From Macrostomum lignano (taxonomy: Eukaryota): DNA of 64,000 nt. Below the pieces are notes generated by a model that saw nothing but the letters and a program-made list of their open reading frames with translations, was not told the DNA's origin and did not search any database. Shown here piece after piece: positions 13,370 through 26,132 of the stretch. Location: positions 1-64,000 of the forward strand of contig NIVC01003041.1 in NCBI GenBank assembly GCA_002269645.1. Direction: 5' to 3'. Each line of letters starts with the position of its first letter. Position 1 is the stretch's first letter. The translations under genes were made by a program, and so were the position numbers.

Positions 13370-15267
13370 CCCCCCAGTCCTTGGACTGAACAGCTTGGCT
13401 GAGCTTCGGTTGCACATCTGCCTATTGGTGTAGGTGTAATCAATTGTTATTATTACGCACAGAGCATTGAGATGAAACAGCCCGAGGAACGAGGAACCAG
13501 ATAGAAACAGCCCGAGGACAGAGTCCAATAAATTTACGCTCGTACAGATCGAGCGTACAGTTATATCGATGACTTTTCGATGCATTGATATAAGCAAGCC
13601 GAAGCTCCAAAGTCGGATTATATATGAGTGCCAAAATTTTGACTGAGGCACGGGGCTGTGGCAGAGTGTCAAAGACCGAAAAAATGAGGCAGCTTTAGAC
13701 AGAATTTTAACAGGCTCATTAAGGATAGGTAGCCAAAAAGTACAGCACTCCTTTCAATTTCTGAAGCAGCAAATTGTCATTGCATGGGCCAGTAGCTAGC
13801 TTTATTTGAGTTTTCTGTCTCTACTAATGTAATGGAAATTTAATCCATAGGGTCGAACGCGACGAGACGACATTTGTTTTTCGCTTGGTCTTCGGTTTTT
13901 GATTTAAGAATTTTTCTATGAATGTCACGCGTCGTATGGTATGGTAGGCTGGTAGCTAGCTAGGCTTGCAAAAAGCAAGTCCAATGAAAGCTAGAACTAG
14001 CAGCTGTCGGCTGGCCGGTTCCAGTTCAGTTGCTGCGTTGCATTTATCATTCATGAGAGGACGTGTATGCGACCCGTGTTCCAACTCCAACACAGGCTCT
14101 TCAAGATGCCTCTAAGTAACCCTAACCCTAACTTTATGATATGTTATGTTATGATAGATGATAAGGCCTATCAAGTTTTTTTATTTTGCATTTGCTTTTT
14201 CGCTCTTTCGCTTGAAAGCTGCGAGTGGTATAATAAAATTTATACCTACCTAGACTAGAGAATTCTTTGTATTGTAGACATAGGCCTACCTTAAAAATAG
14301 CCCAACCTAAGTAGATTTTTAACTTTTTTGATAGGGGCCTAATGATAATTTTGAATTTTATAATGTAATAAGTGCTTTAAAATTCAAGTTTCATTGTTTT
14401 ATTTACTAAATTGAACCAAAATATTCATTCAATAGGCTAGGGCTCATCCCTATATATGTATGTATATAGGGCCTAGGCCTATGTATAGTTTTAATACAAT
14501 GTGAATTAGGGCTAGGCTAATTTGGGCCTTCTATCCAACTAGACCACAAATCAATATTGTAATTTTTGGAAAATTGGCTAATTGCTTATTTTGTAACTTT
14601 TTAACATTAATTTTATAATTTTATTTTGGCAATTTTTATTTTTTCTATGTTTAATTCTTTAAAGTTTAATAATTTTTATTTTAATTAAGTACAAAATTAT
14701 ATAGGCTATAAAAATTTGAGAGAAACAAAGGAATGTTTCTATAACTGGTCAATGAATATAAAAAAAGAAAATAAGCTATAAATAGTTTAAAGCCAGAGAA
14801 AAAAATTTAAATTGTACATAATGCAAAACTATATTGCAAGAAAGCTCCAAATATAAACTATGTCCACTTTTTCATTAAAGGTATGCACTTTTAAATGTAC
14901 CTGTGATTGTGTGTGTATGTGTGTAATAGTGATAGCCCATAATTCATGGGTTTTGTACTTTGAGGTAGCGTGGCCAAATGAATATGATGCAAGAAGTGAT
15001 TGCAGAGAAGAAAAAGTCACAAAGGCTTGGAAGGCCAGTGTGCACTTATATTATAGTTAAACAAACTACTAACCAGCATGATTCAGCAAACACCAAACTC
15101 TCCACCCGGCCTAGGCTGGTCTGGGCAGACAGACAAACCCCCCAGCCAATCAGAACGCAAGAACACTAACCAGCGTGCAAGCTGCATACACAACAATGGG
15201 GTCTCAATTGTGACAGCCCAGTGCATCCAAATCTTGCATTTCTTCCACCCACTGCATTTCTCTCCAG

Positions 15268-18200
15268 TCAACGCCAAGAAGTCAGGCTGCTCAGCAGCCC
15301 GAAGGTGCCCCAGGCCAGCTGCAGCAGCTGTCCTATCCCTACCTCAATCTGTTCAAGGAGCTGGGCGTTGGCCAGTGGAACAGGTCAGAATGCCACGGCG
15401 GGGTGGCCTCCTACATGGACCAGACTGTCAAGTCAACTGCCTTCAGCATCCAGGGCGCGGTGTCCGCCTCCAACTACATCCAGCTGCCCAGGCCTGCTGG
15501 CCGCGGCCTGCAGCTGCAGTGCCGCTACCTGTACGTGCAGTTCCGGCCCAGCCCCGGCCGCCACTTCGTGCTGCACGTGGACCTGGCAGCGGCCGGCACC
15601 GCCGCCCCGGTGCGGCTCAGCGTCAGCAGCCTCTACAAGCGGCCTGCCGGCGGCGCCGCTGCCATCAAGCTGCCGTTCGTCTTCGACGCCGACGGCCGAG
15701 GCCGCCTGCTGGCCGCGCCGCCGGACGAGTCCGAGGCGCCGGCGGCCGGGGCGCCCTGCCCGGAGGCGGCCCGCTGGACTCTGCTGCGTCTCGACCTGGA
15801 CTGGGCGCTGCGGGTGTTCGCCGGGGTTCGCCTCGGCTGCCTGCGCGGCCTTCGGCTCTGCGCCTGCATGAGCGCCCGCGCCGTCTTTGCCGCCTCCAGG
15901 CGCTACCAGCCGAACGCATCGCCCGGCTCCGAGGAGGCGCTGCCCCGCGCCATGGCCTTCTTCCTGGGCCGCGGCGAGCGCTTTGAAGATCGCTACGATT
16001 TTGTGCAGCTGCCCGAGCCCACAGTCGAGGCTCGCGAGGCCGCGCCTCCTGTCGGGCCGGCTGAGCGAAGACCCTCGCCGCCGCCTGCGCCGCTGACGCC
16101 GCCGCCGCCTCAACAGCCGCAGTCGTCCTTCGTCAGGCCGGCTGCTTCTGTGCCGGCGTCAGCAGCGGCGGAGCTGCGCCTGTCGCGGGTGCTGGGCTGC
16201 ACACAGCCGCACAGCGCCTGCTGGACCCAGGAGGAGCTGGTCTTCCCCTGCCACGCCCTGGTGGTGGCCCAGTGCCTGGCCACCGGCCGCCAACGCTTCT
16301 TCACCGGCCACACGGACTCCGTTGGCTGCGTGGCCGTGGACTCCGCCTGCGGCCGGATGGCCAGCGGCCAGCGCGGCCTGCTCCGCCTGTGGGACTTCGC
16401 CGGCCAGCGCTGCCTGGCCCACTGTCCGGCCTTTCAGCTGGGCGCCGGCCTTCTGGCCTTCTCGCCCGGCGGCCTTCGGTTGGCTGGCACCGGCCGGGAC
16501 GCTCACGGACGCTTTGTGGTCACCGTCTGGCAGGTGAGCCGGGGCTGGCGTGCTGGGATTTGAATCAAGATAGGATGGGATTTGAGTCATGATTGGATGG
16601 GATTTGGGCCTGGGATGTGGAATCTGGTGGATAATTTTCCCCACATCTGCGACCCCCAGACGGACGGGCCGGTCGTCCGGCTGCTCGCCAAGGCCTGCAG
16701 CGACCAGGCCCCCGTTGCCCTGCACTTCCTGGACGAGGCGCGCGTAGTCACCTGCGGCCGCGGCGCCGTCCGCTTCTGGCGTGTCAAAGGCGGCGGCGGC
16801 GCCGCCGGAACCTCGGCGCTGCTCCGCTCGGCGCCGGCCGCCCTGGGCGAGTACGCGGCGCTGGACTTCACCGCCGTCTGCCCGCTGCCCGGGCCTGCCG
16901 ACGCTGACCCGCTGGTGCTGGCTTGCGCCCGGTCCGGCCACGTGCTCGAGCTCGGCGCCTCCGACCTGGCCGTCCGGCGCGCCCGCCGCCTGCTGCCGTC
17001 GGACCGGACAGCCTGGCGTGGCCGAGCTCGGCCGGCCGGCATCGAGGTGTCCGCGGTGGCGGCCAACGAGTCCTTCTGCGTGACGGGCTCGGCCGATGGC
17101 TTCCTGCGCGTCTGGCCGCTCGACTTCTCGCAGGTGGGTCTTCGACTCGAGGTCCCTCACTTGAAGCTCGTTTTATCTCTGTGTTTGACCCTGGGACTAA
17201 TTTGTGCGGGCTGATTTGGAAATGAACTGGTGCACCGCCTCTTGCAGGGAAGTCTAGTTATAATGTATTGAAATTTCCTCTTAATTACACTTGACTGTAG
17301 CTGATCAAATCATACCTGACCAAATTACACCTGACCAAATTACACCTGACCAAATTACACCTGACCAAATTACACCTGACCAAATAGCACCTGACCAAAT
17401 TACACCTGACCAAATTACACCTGACCAATTTACACCTGACCAAATTACACCTGACCAAATAGCACCTGACCAAATTACACATGACCAAATTACACCTGAC
17501 CAAATTACACCTGACCAAATTACACCTGACCAAATAACACCTGACCAAATTACACCTGACCAAATTACACCTGACTGAATTACACTTGACTGTAGCTGAC
17601 CAAATTACACCTGACCAAATTACACCTGACCAAATTACACCTGACCAAATTACACCTGACCAAATTACACCTGACCAAAAAGCACCTGACCAAATTACAC
17701 CTGACCAAATTACACCTGACCAAATTACACCTGACCAAAAAGCACCTGACCAATTTACACCTGACCAATTTACACCTGACCAATTTACACCTGACCAAAT
17801 TACACCTGACCAAATTACACCTGACCAAATAGCACCTGACCGAATTACACCTGACCGATATTACCCCCCAAACCTTACCTTATAAAATTCCCCGCTCGCC
17901 CAGGTGCTCCTCGAGGCCGAGCACGAGAGCCCGGTGGTGAACGCCGCTCTCAGTCGGGACGGCGCCAGCGCCCTGGCCGCCACCGCCGCCGGCTGCCTCG
18001 GAGTCCTGGACGTTGCCCGCCGCGCCTACCGGACACTCGTCCGCTCGCCCGGCCCCGGCCCGGTTGCCTCCGCCCATCTCGGCCGGGACACCCTGGCCAC
18101 GGTGTCCGCCGGCGACAAGTCGCTCCGCCTGTGGAGCTCCGACCGCCTCGACCAGTGCCAGAGCTTCGGCCTCGCTGAGCCGCCCTGCCGCGTCGCTGTT

Positions 18201-21200
18201 CACCCCCGCGACGGCCTCGCCGCTTGCGGCTTCCGCTCCGGCCACGTCCGCTTGTTCGACCTGGCCGCCGCTTCCATGCTGGGTGAGCGGCGCAGCCATA
18301 GCGGCGCCGTCAGCGGGCTCGCCTTCTCCGCCTGCGGCCTCCGCCTGTTCTCCTGCGGCTCCGACGGCGGCCTGTCGGTTCACGACGCCTCGGCGGCCTG
18401 CGCGCTGCTCCGCTCCGTGCCCGACGTTGTCGCCAGGGTCGGCGCCGGCGGCTCCGAGGACCGTCCGAGCCCGCTGGCCGTGGACTCGGCCGACCCCGGC
18501 GGTTCCCTCATTGCCTACATCGGGCCGACCGGCGCCGCGGTTGTCGTGGCCGAAGGCGCCACCCTCGCTGAGCTGATCCGCGTAGACGTCACCATGGTCG
18601 CCGGGGCGGGCGTGGCGGACGCAGCCCGCGCCCTGCAGTTCGGCGCCGGGCACCTCCTGGTGGCCACGGAGGGCGGCCGCCTACTTCGATTGGAGCGCCG
18701 TTCCGGCCGCCTGGCCTCCCAGCTGTCCGGCCTCGGCCGCTGCGACTGCCTCTGCCTGAGCCCGGACGGCCGTTACTGCGTGGCCGGGGTTGGCCGGCAG
18801 CTGAAGCTGTTCCAGAACTGCTCGACCGGACAGGTGCAGTTCTCCAGCTTCCTGGGCCACAGCGGCCGAATCTGCGCGCTCGCCTTTAGCGCCGACGGCG
18901 CCAGACTGATGTCCGTTGGGGAGGCGGTCCTCGTCTGGGACTTCATGGCCCCGCCGGCATCTGAGAAGCCTGCCGAGAACCTCATGACTGAGAACGGCGC
19001 CAAGGTTTGTGGACAGTAAAACCAGCCCCACCTGACTCCCAATGTACATCAGCCTCCCCACCTCACTCCCAATGTACATCAGCCTCCCCACCTCACTCTC
19101 AATGTACATCAGCCTCCCCACCTCACTCTCAATGTACATCAGCCTCCCCATCAACTCTTTGAGAAGTTTTCCATTTAATCCTTGTAGAAGCCTCAACCAA
19201 CACCCATCACGCCGGCCGCTCCGCAGTCGCGACACCGAGTGGAGGCGCCGGTGCGCGACCCCGGCCCGGGCCCGGCCACCGGGACGGCGAACCCGGAGCT
19301 CGCCGATGCCGTACCGCTTGCGAACGACGGCAGCAGCTCCAGCTCCAGTGTGTCCGACTGCGAAGTCACGGAGCTCGCCGCGCCGGCCTCCAGCGCCCCG
19401 CCTGCCGAGCCGACGGTGTCGCTGCCGGTGCCGCCGCTGGCGCTGTTGCCCGACGAGCCGGCGGCGGGAGACGACGGCGGCGCTCCGCACGAGCATCCGG
19501 CGCCTTCATCTGCGCGCCACTTTCGGTCCGGCGCCGAGTCGTTGCGACAGCCGCCTGCCGACCAGCGGCGCTACCTGGCGCGGCCCGGCGAGGAGGCGCT
19601 GAGGCTGCGCGCCGGACTCGGTGCCGGCTCGGGCGTCGGCGCCATCGCCTGGCTGGAGGGCCGCGGCCGTCTGGTGTACGCCGTCGGCTGCCAGCTGCTG
19701 TCCGAGGACCTCGAGACCGGCCTGCAGGCGCGGCTCTGCCAGCTGCCCGGCCCGGCCACCGCGGCCGCCGCCAGCTCCGACAGCCGCCTGGCCGCCTTTT
19801 GCTGCCTCGGCGGCGGTCTGCGCATTTTCGACGCCGAGGCTGCCGACGCTGCGAACGCCGAGGCGCCGGAGGGAGTGTCGATGGCGCTGATCTGCCGCCC
19901 GCTGTCCGGCGGCCCGGCCACCTGCGCGCAGTTCAGCAGAGACGATCGCTACCTGCTGACCGTGGGCAACCAAGCCGATCCCCTGCTGCAGGTCTGGCTG
20001 GGTCCCGACTGGCAGGCCGTGGCCAGCCACCGGGCGGCCTACCCCGTCAACGACGTCTGCTGGCGCGCCGCCGACCTCGCCAGTTTCGTCAGCGTCGGCA
20101 CCGCGGCCGCCCTCTCCGTCTGGTCGGTGGTTGGCGGGCCGGACGGATCGCAGCGGCTGCAGCTGGAGGAGCTGCCCGCGCCGGACGAGGCCATCGGACG
20201 GCGGCCCGGACTGCGGGCGTCGGCTGCCTCAGCCGAGGAGCTGTCGGCTTGCACCGTCGACTCTGACGACGCCGCGTTTGTGGCCGGTGGCCGCGGCCGG
20301 GTCTCCGTGTGGTCGCTGGGCGAGCGCCGCTGCGTCATGCACTGGGAGGCCGAGGCCAACGAGGTGTGTCGGCTGGCCCTGCGGCCCGGCGGCCTCCTCC
20401 TGTGCGGAGCCGCTGACGGCGCCGTCAAGGCGTGGGACGTGCGCGACATCCTTGGCCTGGGCGGCGGCGGCTGGTCGGGCGGCCGCGTCCGGCTGGTCAG
20501 CTCCGCCCGACTGGATGGCGCCGTGCTGGCGCTGCTGCCGGACAGCCAGGCCGAGCTGGCGCTGGCCGCCACCGCTGCTTCCGTGTGGTGCCTCCGAGTT
20601 GCCGAGGGCGCCACCACCCGCCTGATCGCCGGCCACGCCGCCCGCGTCGCCGCCGCGGCGCCGTTGCCCGGCCTCGGCGTCCTGGCCACCGGCGACGCGT
20701 CGGGCGCTGTCCGAATCTTCGACTCGGCCGGACGGCAGCTCCTGTGCCAGCTGCAGCCCGGCCGCCTCTCGGCCGCCTGCCTCTGCCTGGCCGCGGACGC
20801 CCTCTACTTGGCGGCCGGCTACGGGGACGGCCACGTCCGGGCCTTCACGGCCGGCGCCGACCTCGGCCAGACTTTGAAGGCCCGCCCGCACGCGGCCGGC
20901 GTGTCCTCGCTGGCTTTGGACCCCGGCCACCGTTTCCTGGTCAGCGGCTGCTCCGACGGCCTGCTGGCGCTGACGGGTCTCGACACCGGCCTCGTGCTGC
21001 GCGTCCTCCGCGACCACCGCGGCTCCGGCGTCGCCTGCCTGGACATCCAGCCGGACTCCGGCGGCTGCCACTTCCTGGCCTCCGCGGCCGACCGCCGCCT
21101 CAGCCTCTGGGCCTGCGCCGACTCCGCCGACTCCGTCGACCTCCGCCTGTGGCTGGCCTTCCCCTGCCGGCCTTCGCCCCAGGCAGCGGCCGCCCGCTGT

Positions 21201-21583
21201 CTGACGATCCGACGGCCGCCATGGAGCTGCCGCCGGCGCTGGCCCGCTTCTGCCCGGCCGACGCCGACCTGCTGCTGCTGACCGGCTGCGCCCAGCAACC
21301 GGCCGTGGACCTCTACAGCCTCGCCCAGCGCCGAGTCGTCCGCTCCGTGTCGCTGCCCCGCTGGCCGCACTGCCTGGACGCGTCTCCGTCCGGCCGCCTG
21401 CTGCTGCTGGGGTCGCTCGGCCGCCTTGTCACCCTGCTGGACCTCGGCAGCGGCTGCTTCCAGGACTTCGTTGGACACGCGGAGGGCCTGTCCTGTGTCC
21501 GGTTCGGCGAAGATGGACGGTCCTGCTGGACTGCGGCAGGGAGAGACGTTCTGGGCTGGGATGTGCTGATCAGGGACTGCTGA
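15268..21583 (+). CDS. WDR90: WD repeat-containing protein 90 (CFA20/DUF667-type N-domain + WD40 propellers); exons 15268-16533, 16660-17133, 17904-19004, 19188-21583; start exon not located; 1-nt frameshift at 21161-21164
   Basis: YPYLNLFK...FSIQGAVSASNYIQLP...YLYVQFRP...HFVLHVDL...RWTLLRLDL...PRAMAF matches the WDR90 N-terminus. GSADGFLRVWPLDFSQ|VLLEAEHE joins across a phase-0 intron. The C-terminus WLAFP-LP..LPPALARFCP...FQDFVGH...WDV follows in the +1 frame. All junctions are GT-AG and phase 0; about 1,745 codons in total. Confidence 0.92.
17285..17860. repeat. 15-bp minisatellite (CAAATTACACCTGAC) in a WDR90 intron, two blocks
   Basis: Direct periodicity; both blocks start with TTACACTTGACTGTAGCTGA (17286 and 17580), indicating a higher-order duplication. 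Confidence 0.95.
19028..19150. repeat. 30-bp minisatellite (AATGTACATCAGCCTCCCCACCTCACTCTC) filling a WDR90 intron
   Basis: About 4 copies between donor 19005 and acceptor 19187. Confidence 0.9.
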
Positions 21584-21898
21584 GTGCGCTGGGGTGTGCT
21601 GATCAGGGACTGCTGAGTACGCTGAGGTGTGCTGATCAGAGACTGCTGAGTGCGCTGAGGTGTGCTGATCAGGGACTGCTGAGTGCGCTGAGGTGTGCTG
21701 ATCAGAGACTGCTGAGCGCGCTGGGGTGTGCTGATCAGGGACTGCTGAGCGCGCTGGGGTGTGCTGATCAGGGACTGCTGAGTGCGCTGGGGTGTGCTGA
21801 TCAGGGACTGCTGAGTGTCCTGGGGTGTGCTGATCAGGGACTGCTGAGTGCGCTGGGGTGTGCTGATCAGGGACTGCTGAGTGCGCTGGGGTGTGCTG
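21558..21898. repeat. 34-bp minisatellite (GTGTGCTGATCAGGGACTGCTGAGTGCGCTGGGG), about 10 copies, first copy containing the WDR90 stop codon
   Basis: Direct periodicity; the unit encodes VLIRDC*. Confidence 0.95.
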
Positions 21899-22194
21899 AA
21901 TGTTGCTCATTTGTCCGTCCATGTTTTAGCTATAAAAATGAAATAAAATTTGTATTTTAATTAGCAGAAATTTTGCGCATTCCGTCCTATTTAGCTCGTA
22001 TATACACACTGTAATTAGCCTGGCTGCTAAAGTTTATTTCGATACATATCGGCAATCGACTTGTACTTATAATGATAGCTCTACCTACCGGTAGCCAGCT
22101 GTTGTATGACCTACAATGACCCAGCTTTGTTACAATGTAGAAGCATTCCATTTGCCTGTCATTATTAATAATTTTATTTTGCTTGCAGAATTTC

Positions 22195-22568
22195 TCCCGG
22201 CTGTAATTACTGTATTTCCCAGCTCCCGGCTGTAATTACTGTATTCCCCAGCTCCCGGCTGTAATTACTGTATTCCCCAGCTCCCGGCTGTAATTACTGT
22301 ATTCCCCAGCTCCCGGCTGTAATTACTGTATTCCCCAGCTCCCGGCTGTAATTACTGTATTCCCCAGCTCCCGGCTGTAATTACTGTATTCCCCAGCTCC
22401 CGGCTGTAATTACTGTATTCCCCAGCTCCCGGCTGTAATTACTGTATTCCCAGCTCCCGGCTGTAATTACTGTATTCCCCAGCTCCCGGCTGTAATTACT
22501 GTATTCCCCAGCTCCCGGCTGTAATTACTGTATTCCCAGCTCCCGGCTGTAATTACTGTATCCCCAGC
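22195..22568. repeat. 29-bp minisatellite (CTCCCGGCTGTAATTACTGTATTCCCCAG), about 13 copies
   Basis: Direct periodicity. Confidence 0.95.
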
Positions 22569-22859
22569 TCTGGCAGCGACTCTCAGTTCGGGCTGCTGGG
22601 CTTTTCCCATTTTGTTTTTAGTACGTTTTTTACTAGTAAAATGCTTTGCTATTACTTTGCAAGTAGTATGAACTGAGTGCTTGATTTTCATGTAATTTTC
22701 ATGTACTGCATTGGCTATTGAATAAACGGCTGGTCTGTTTCTTAGTGCCACAATTTTTATTTTTGCTTTCTTCATTGCATTGTCTACCATCTCGTGCTGT
22801 GACTTTGAAATTTGACAGCTTTGCTGCTGATTGAGTTGCTTTTTTCCTTTCGTTGGTAA

Positions 22860-23170
22860 GCCAGAATCTGCCGATACATACTGAGAATTCAGAAATCTAC
22901 CAGAAATCTGCCGACACAGCTGGCAGTTCACAGAGAATTAAAAAGTCTACCTGAATCTGCTGATACAGCTGGCAGTTAACAGAGAATTAAAAAGTCTACC
23001 TGAATCTGCTGATACAGCTGGCAGTTCACTGAGAATTCAGAAATCTACCAGAATCTGCTGATACAGCTGGCAGTTCACTGAGAATTCAGAAATCTGCCAG
23101 GATCTGCTGATACAGCTGGCAGTTCACTGAGAATTCAGAAATCTGCCGACACAGCTGGCAGTTCACTGGA
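22860..23170. repeat. Degenerate ~45-50 bp tandem repeat (GAATCTGCTGATACAGCTGGCAGTTCACTGAGAATTCAGAAATC)
   Basis: About 6 imperfect copies upstream of the RhoGEF gene. Confidence 0.85.
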
Positions 23171-23385
23171 AATTTCTACGCAATCTCAGCAGAAAATGGC
23201 AGTTCACTGCTCGATCGCAGAGGTTCTTATCTTTCAATGGAGTGATTTTGCAACCAGCTGTTTTCAATATCCGCTCGAGTCTCTCAAATTGAGTAGCCGA
23301 TGGTCTGAAAGCGCGTACGGATGCAGGGAAGAAGCTGGGGTTCCTGCTGAGCAGTTACTGTAGTCAGGGGGTCGAGAGGATTGAA

Positions 23386-25406
23386 ATGGAGACGGAATCT
23401 TCAAGCGCAGGTAAGGAGCAGGAGAGAGAAGAGCCTCCGTCCTCTTACCGCGATGGGGGGGGCTGCCACGAACTGTGCAAATTGATTTGCCTGTCCAGGT
23501 GAGCTCGGGGACGGGCGGGGGAAGAGCTGAATAGGGGAGAGGATGAAGTTCGGAGGCTGGGATGAAGCTTAAATCGAAGCTGCAACTCTGCTCGGCCCCG
23601 ACAGCATCCGGAGACGGCAGCCCTGAGCTGGCGATGCAGACGGCCGATGGCACCAGGCTGGGACAGCTGCTGCAGCTGCCGCGCATGCAGAAGTACCTGG
23701 CCGGCTGCCAGCCCGACGCTGTCGCTGAGATTCAGCGGCGCATCGACAATCGTCTTAAGCGGTCGACGCCTGCACCGTCGCCGCAGCAGCCGCCGTTCCG
23801 TCTGCCGACCTACGCCGAGTACGTCCGCATGGTGCAGTCGCAGCAGGACCTGAGCCCCCAAGTTCGCGTTGTTGACAGTGAGAGCCGGCAGCTGCGGCAC
23901 AACCACAGCGACACCGGCGGCTGCCAGCTGAGCGGCCAGCGCCGTCGGCTAAACGACGACGAGCGACTGCAGACGGTGTCGGAGCTACTCGCTTCCGAGG
24001 AGCGGTTCAGCAGCGACCTCCGCCTGCTGCACACCGAGTTCCGCAGGCCGCTGCTGGCCAGCCGCCTCCTCAGCGCCGAGGACGTTGCGGACGTCTTCGT
24101 CAACCTGCCGCAGCTGCTGCGGGCCCAGGCCTCCCTGCTGGACCGCCTGCGACAGGCCGTCTCTGCAGCCGTCTCCGCCGGAGATGCCGACCAGGCCGCT
24201 GCCGGCGTTGCCGACGCCTTCCTGGACGGCGCCACCGACCACCTCGCCTGCCTGCGGCACTACAGCGTCGGGCACCGGCGCTCGCTGGCCCGCCTTGACC
24301 GCCTGGAGCGGCGCTGCCGCCTGCTGCGCCTCTTCCTGGCGGCCTCCCAAGACGACAACCCGCGCCTGCGCCGGATGCCTCTGCGCGCCTTCCTCATCCA
24401 GCCCGTGCAGCGGCTCATGCGGTACCCCCTGCTGCTCGACCGCCTGCTGCGGCTCAGCAGCTGCGGCGGTGGCGGCGGAAAGCTCGACTTTGCCAGCTCG
24501 ACGGTCGAGCGGCTGCGCCGGGCGAAGTCGCGAGTCGAGGCCGCCATTGCCGAGACCAACGCCCACGCCCTTGAGCCGTCCGACGCGCAACCCCAGCAGC
24601 CGCCGCAGCTGCAGGCGCCGTCGCCTCCTCCGCGGCAGCTGCCCACCTCTGCCTCTTCGAACTCGCTCTCGGCCATCGGCTGTCTGCGCCACTTCGCCGG
24701 CCCAACGAGGAAGGCGACGCCGCTGACAACAGCCGCCGCTGCGGTCGAATGGGCGGCTGCCAGCCGTCAGCGCAGCGCCTCCTGCAGCGGCGCCGACCTG
24801 GTACGCCTCGCGCTTGACCGCCTGCGCTGGGGCACCGCAGCCCGCTGTTGCTTCAGCGGCGCGGTCTACGCGGCCCCGACCGCCACGGCCGACCTCCGCA
24901 GCGGCTGCTGGGCGGTGCTGATCTCTCGAAATCTGCCAGAGGACGCCGGGGCTGCCGAGTCTGGCGCGGAGAAGCTTTCAGCGCTGCTGTTTCCTGGAAC
25001 TCTGGACCGCGAAGCCGCAGCGGTCGCAGCTGAAGTGGGCGACGATGAGCCGGAAGCGGCGCTGCTGCTGTTCCAGGAGCCGCGGCTCGGCAGGCGGGCG
25101 CTGCTGCGGGAGCCGCTGCTGCTCAGCGCCTGCGTTGTCGGCGAAAGCAGCGACGACTTCAGCGTCCGCGTCTCGGACGTCCGCGGCGGCAGCGGCGTCG
25201 CCCGCCTGCGGCCCGCGGTTGACTCGCCAGCGGCTGCCCTGCGTCTCCAGCGACTTCTGCGCCGTGTCAGCCTGCGCTGTGGCCGCTGGCGCCTGCGGAG
25301 GCCGGCGGCGCCCAACGCCCTCCTGGCTGGACTGTTCGGCGGCTTTAGCCCCCCACCCTCGTCTGTGGCGTCCGGATGCTCCTGGCTGGATGAAGCGGAG
25401 CATTGA
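23386..25406 (+). CDS. Rho guanine nucleotide exchange factor (DH domain + divergent PH-like region); exons 23386-23410 and 23605-25406
   Basis: DH motifs: LQTVSELLASEERFSSDLRLL, VFVNLPQLL, LRAFLIQPVQRLMRYPLLLDRLL. A C-terminal LLLFQE...LREPLLLSACVV..F resembles the PH strand following DH. The candidate first exon METESSSA-G (CAG|GTAAG) joins phase 1 to ACAG|CATCC; the first exon is less certain. Confidence 0.85.
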
Positions 25407-25413
25407 TTGTCTT

Positions 25414-26132
25414 GGATCTGGGATCAAGGATCTGGGATCAAGGATCTGGGATCAAGGATCTGGGATCAAGGATCTGGGATCAAGGATCTGGGATCAAGGA
25501 TCTGGGATCAAGGATCTGGGATCAAGGATCTGGGATCAAGGATCTGGGATCAAGGATCTGGGATCAAGGATCTGGGATCAAGGATCTGGGATCAAGGATC
25601 TGGGATCAAGGATCTGGGATCAAGGATCTGGGATCAAGGATCTGGGATCAAGGATCTGGGATCAAGGATCTGGGATCAAGGATCTGGGATCAAGGATCTG
25701 GGATCAAGGATCTGGGATCAAGGATCTGGGATCAAGGATCTGGGATCAAGGATCTGGGATCAAGGATCTGGGATCAAGGATCTGGGATCAAGGATCTGGG
25801 ATCAAGGATCTGGGATCAAGGATCTGGGATCAAGGATCTGGGATCAAGGATCTGGGATCAAGGATCTGGGATCAAGGATCTGGGATCAAGGATCTGGGAT
25901 CAAGGATCTGGGATCAAGGATCTGGGATCAAGGATCTGGGATCAAGGATCTGGGATCAAGGATCTGGGATCAAGGATCTGGGATCAAGGATCTGGGATCA
26001 AGGATCTGGGATCAAGGATCTGGGATCAAGGATCTGGGATCAAGGATCTGGGATCAAGGATCTGGGATCAAGGATCTGGGATCAAGGATCTGGGATCAAG
26101 GATCTGGGATCAAGGATCTGGGATCAAGGATC
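25414..26132. repeat. Perfect 14-bp tandem array (GGATCTGGGATCAA), about 51 copies, starting 7 nt after the RhoGEF stop
   Basis: Direct periodicity; no variants seen. Confidence 0.97.

Noticed and set aside
15078-21281. Numerous overlapping alternative-frame and antisense ORFs over WDR90, RhoGEF, RING and PM20D1
   Set aside because: Expected shadow ORFs in very GC-rich coding DNA; only one frame carries family motifs.
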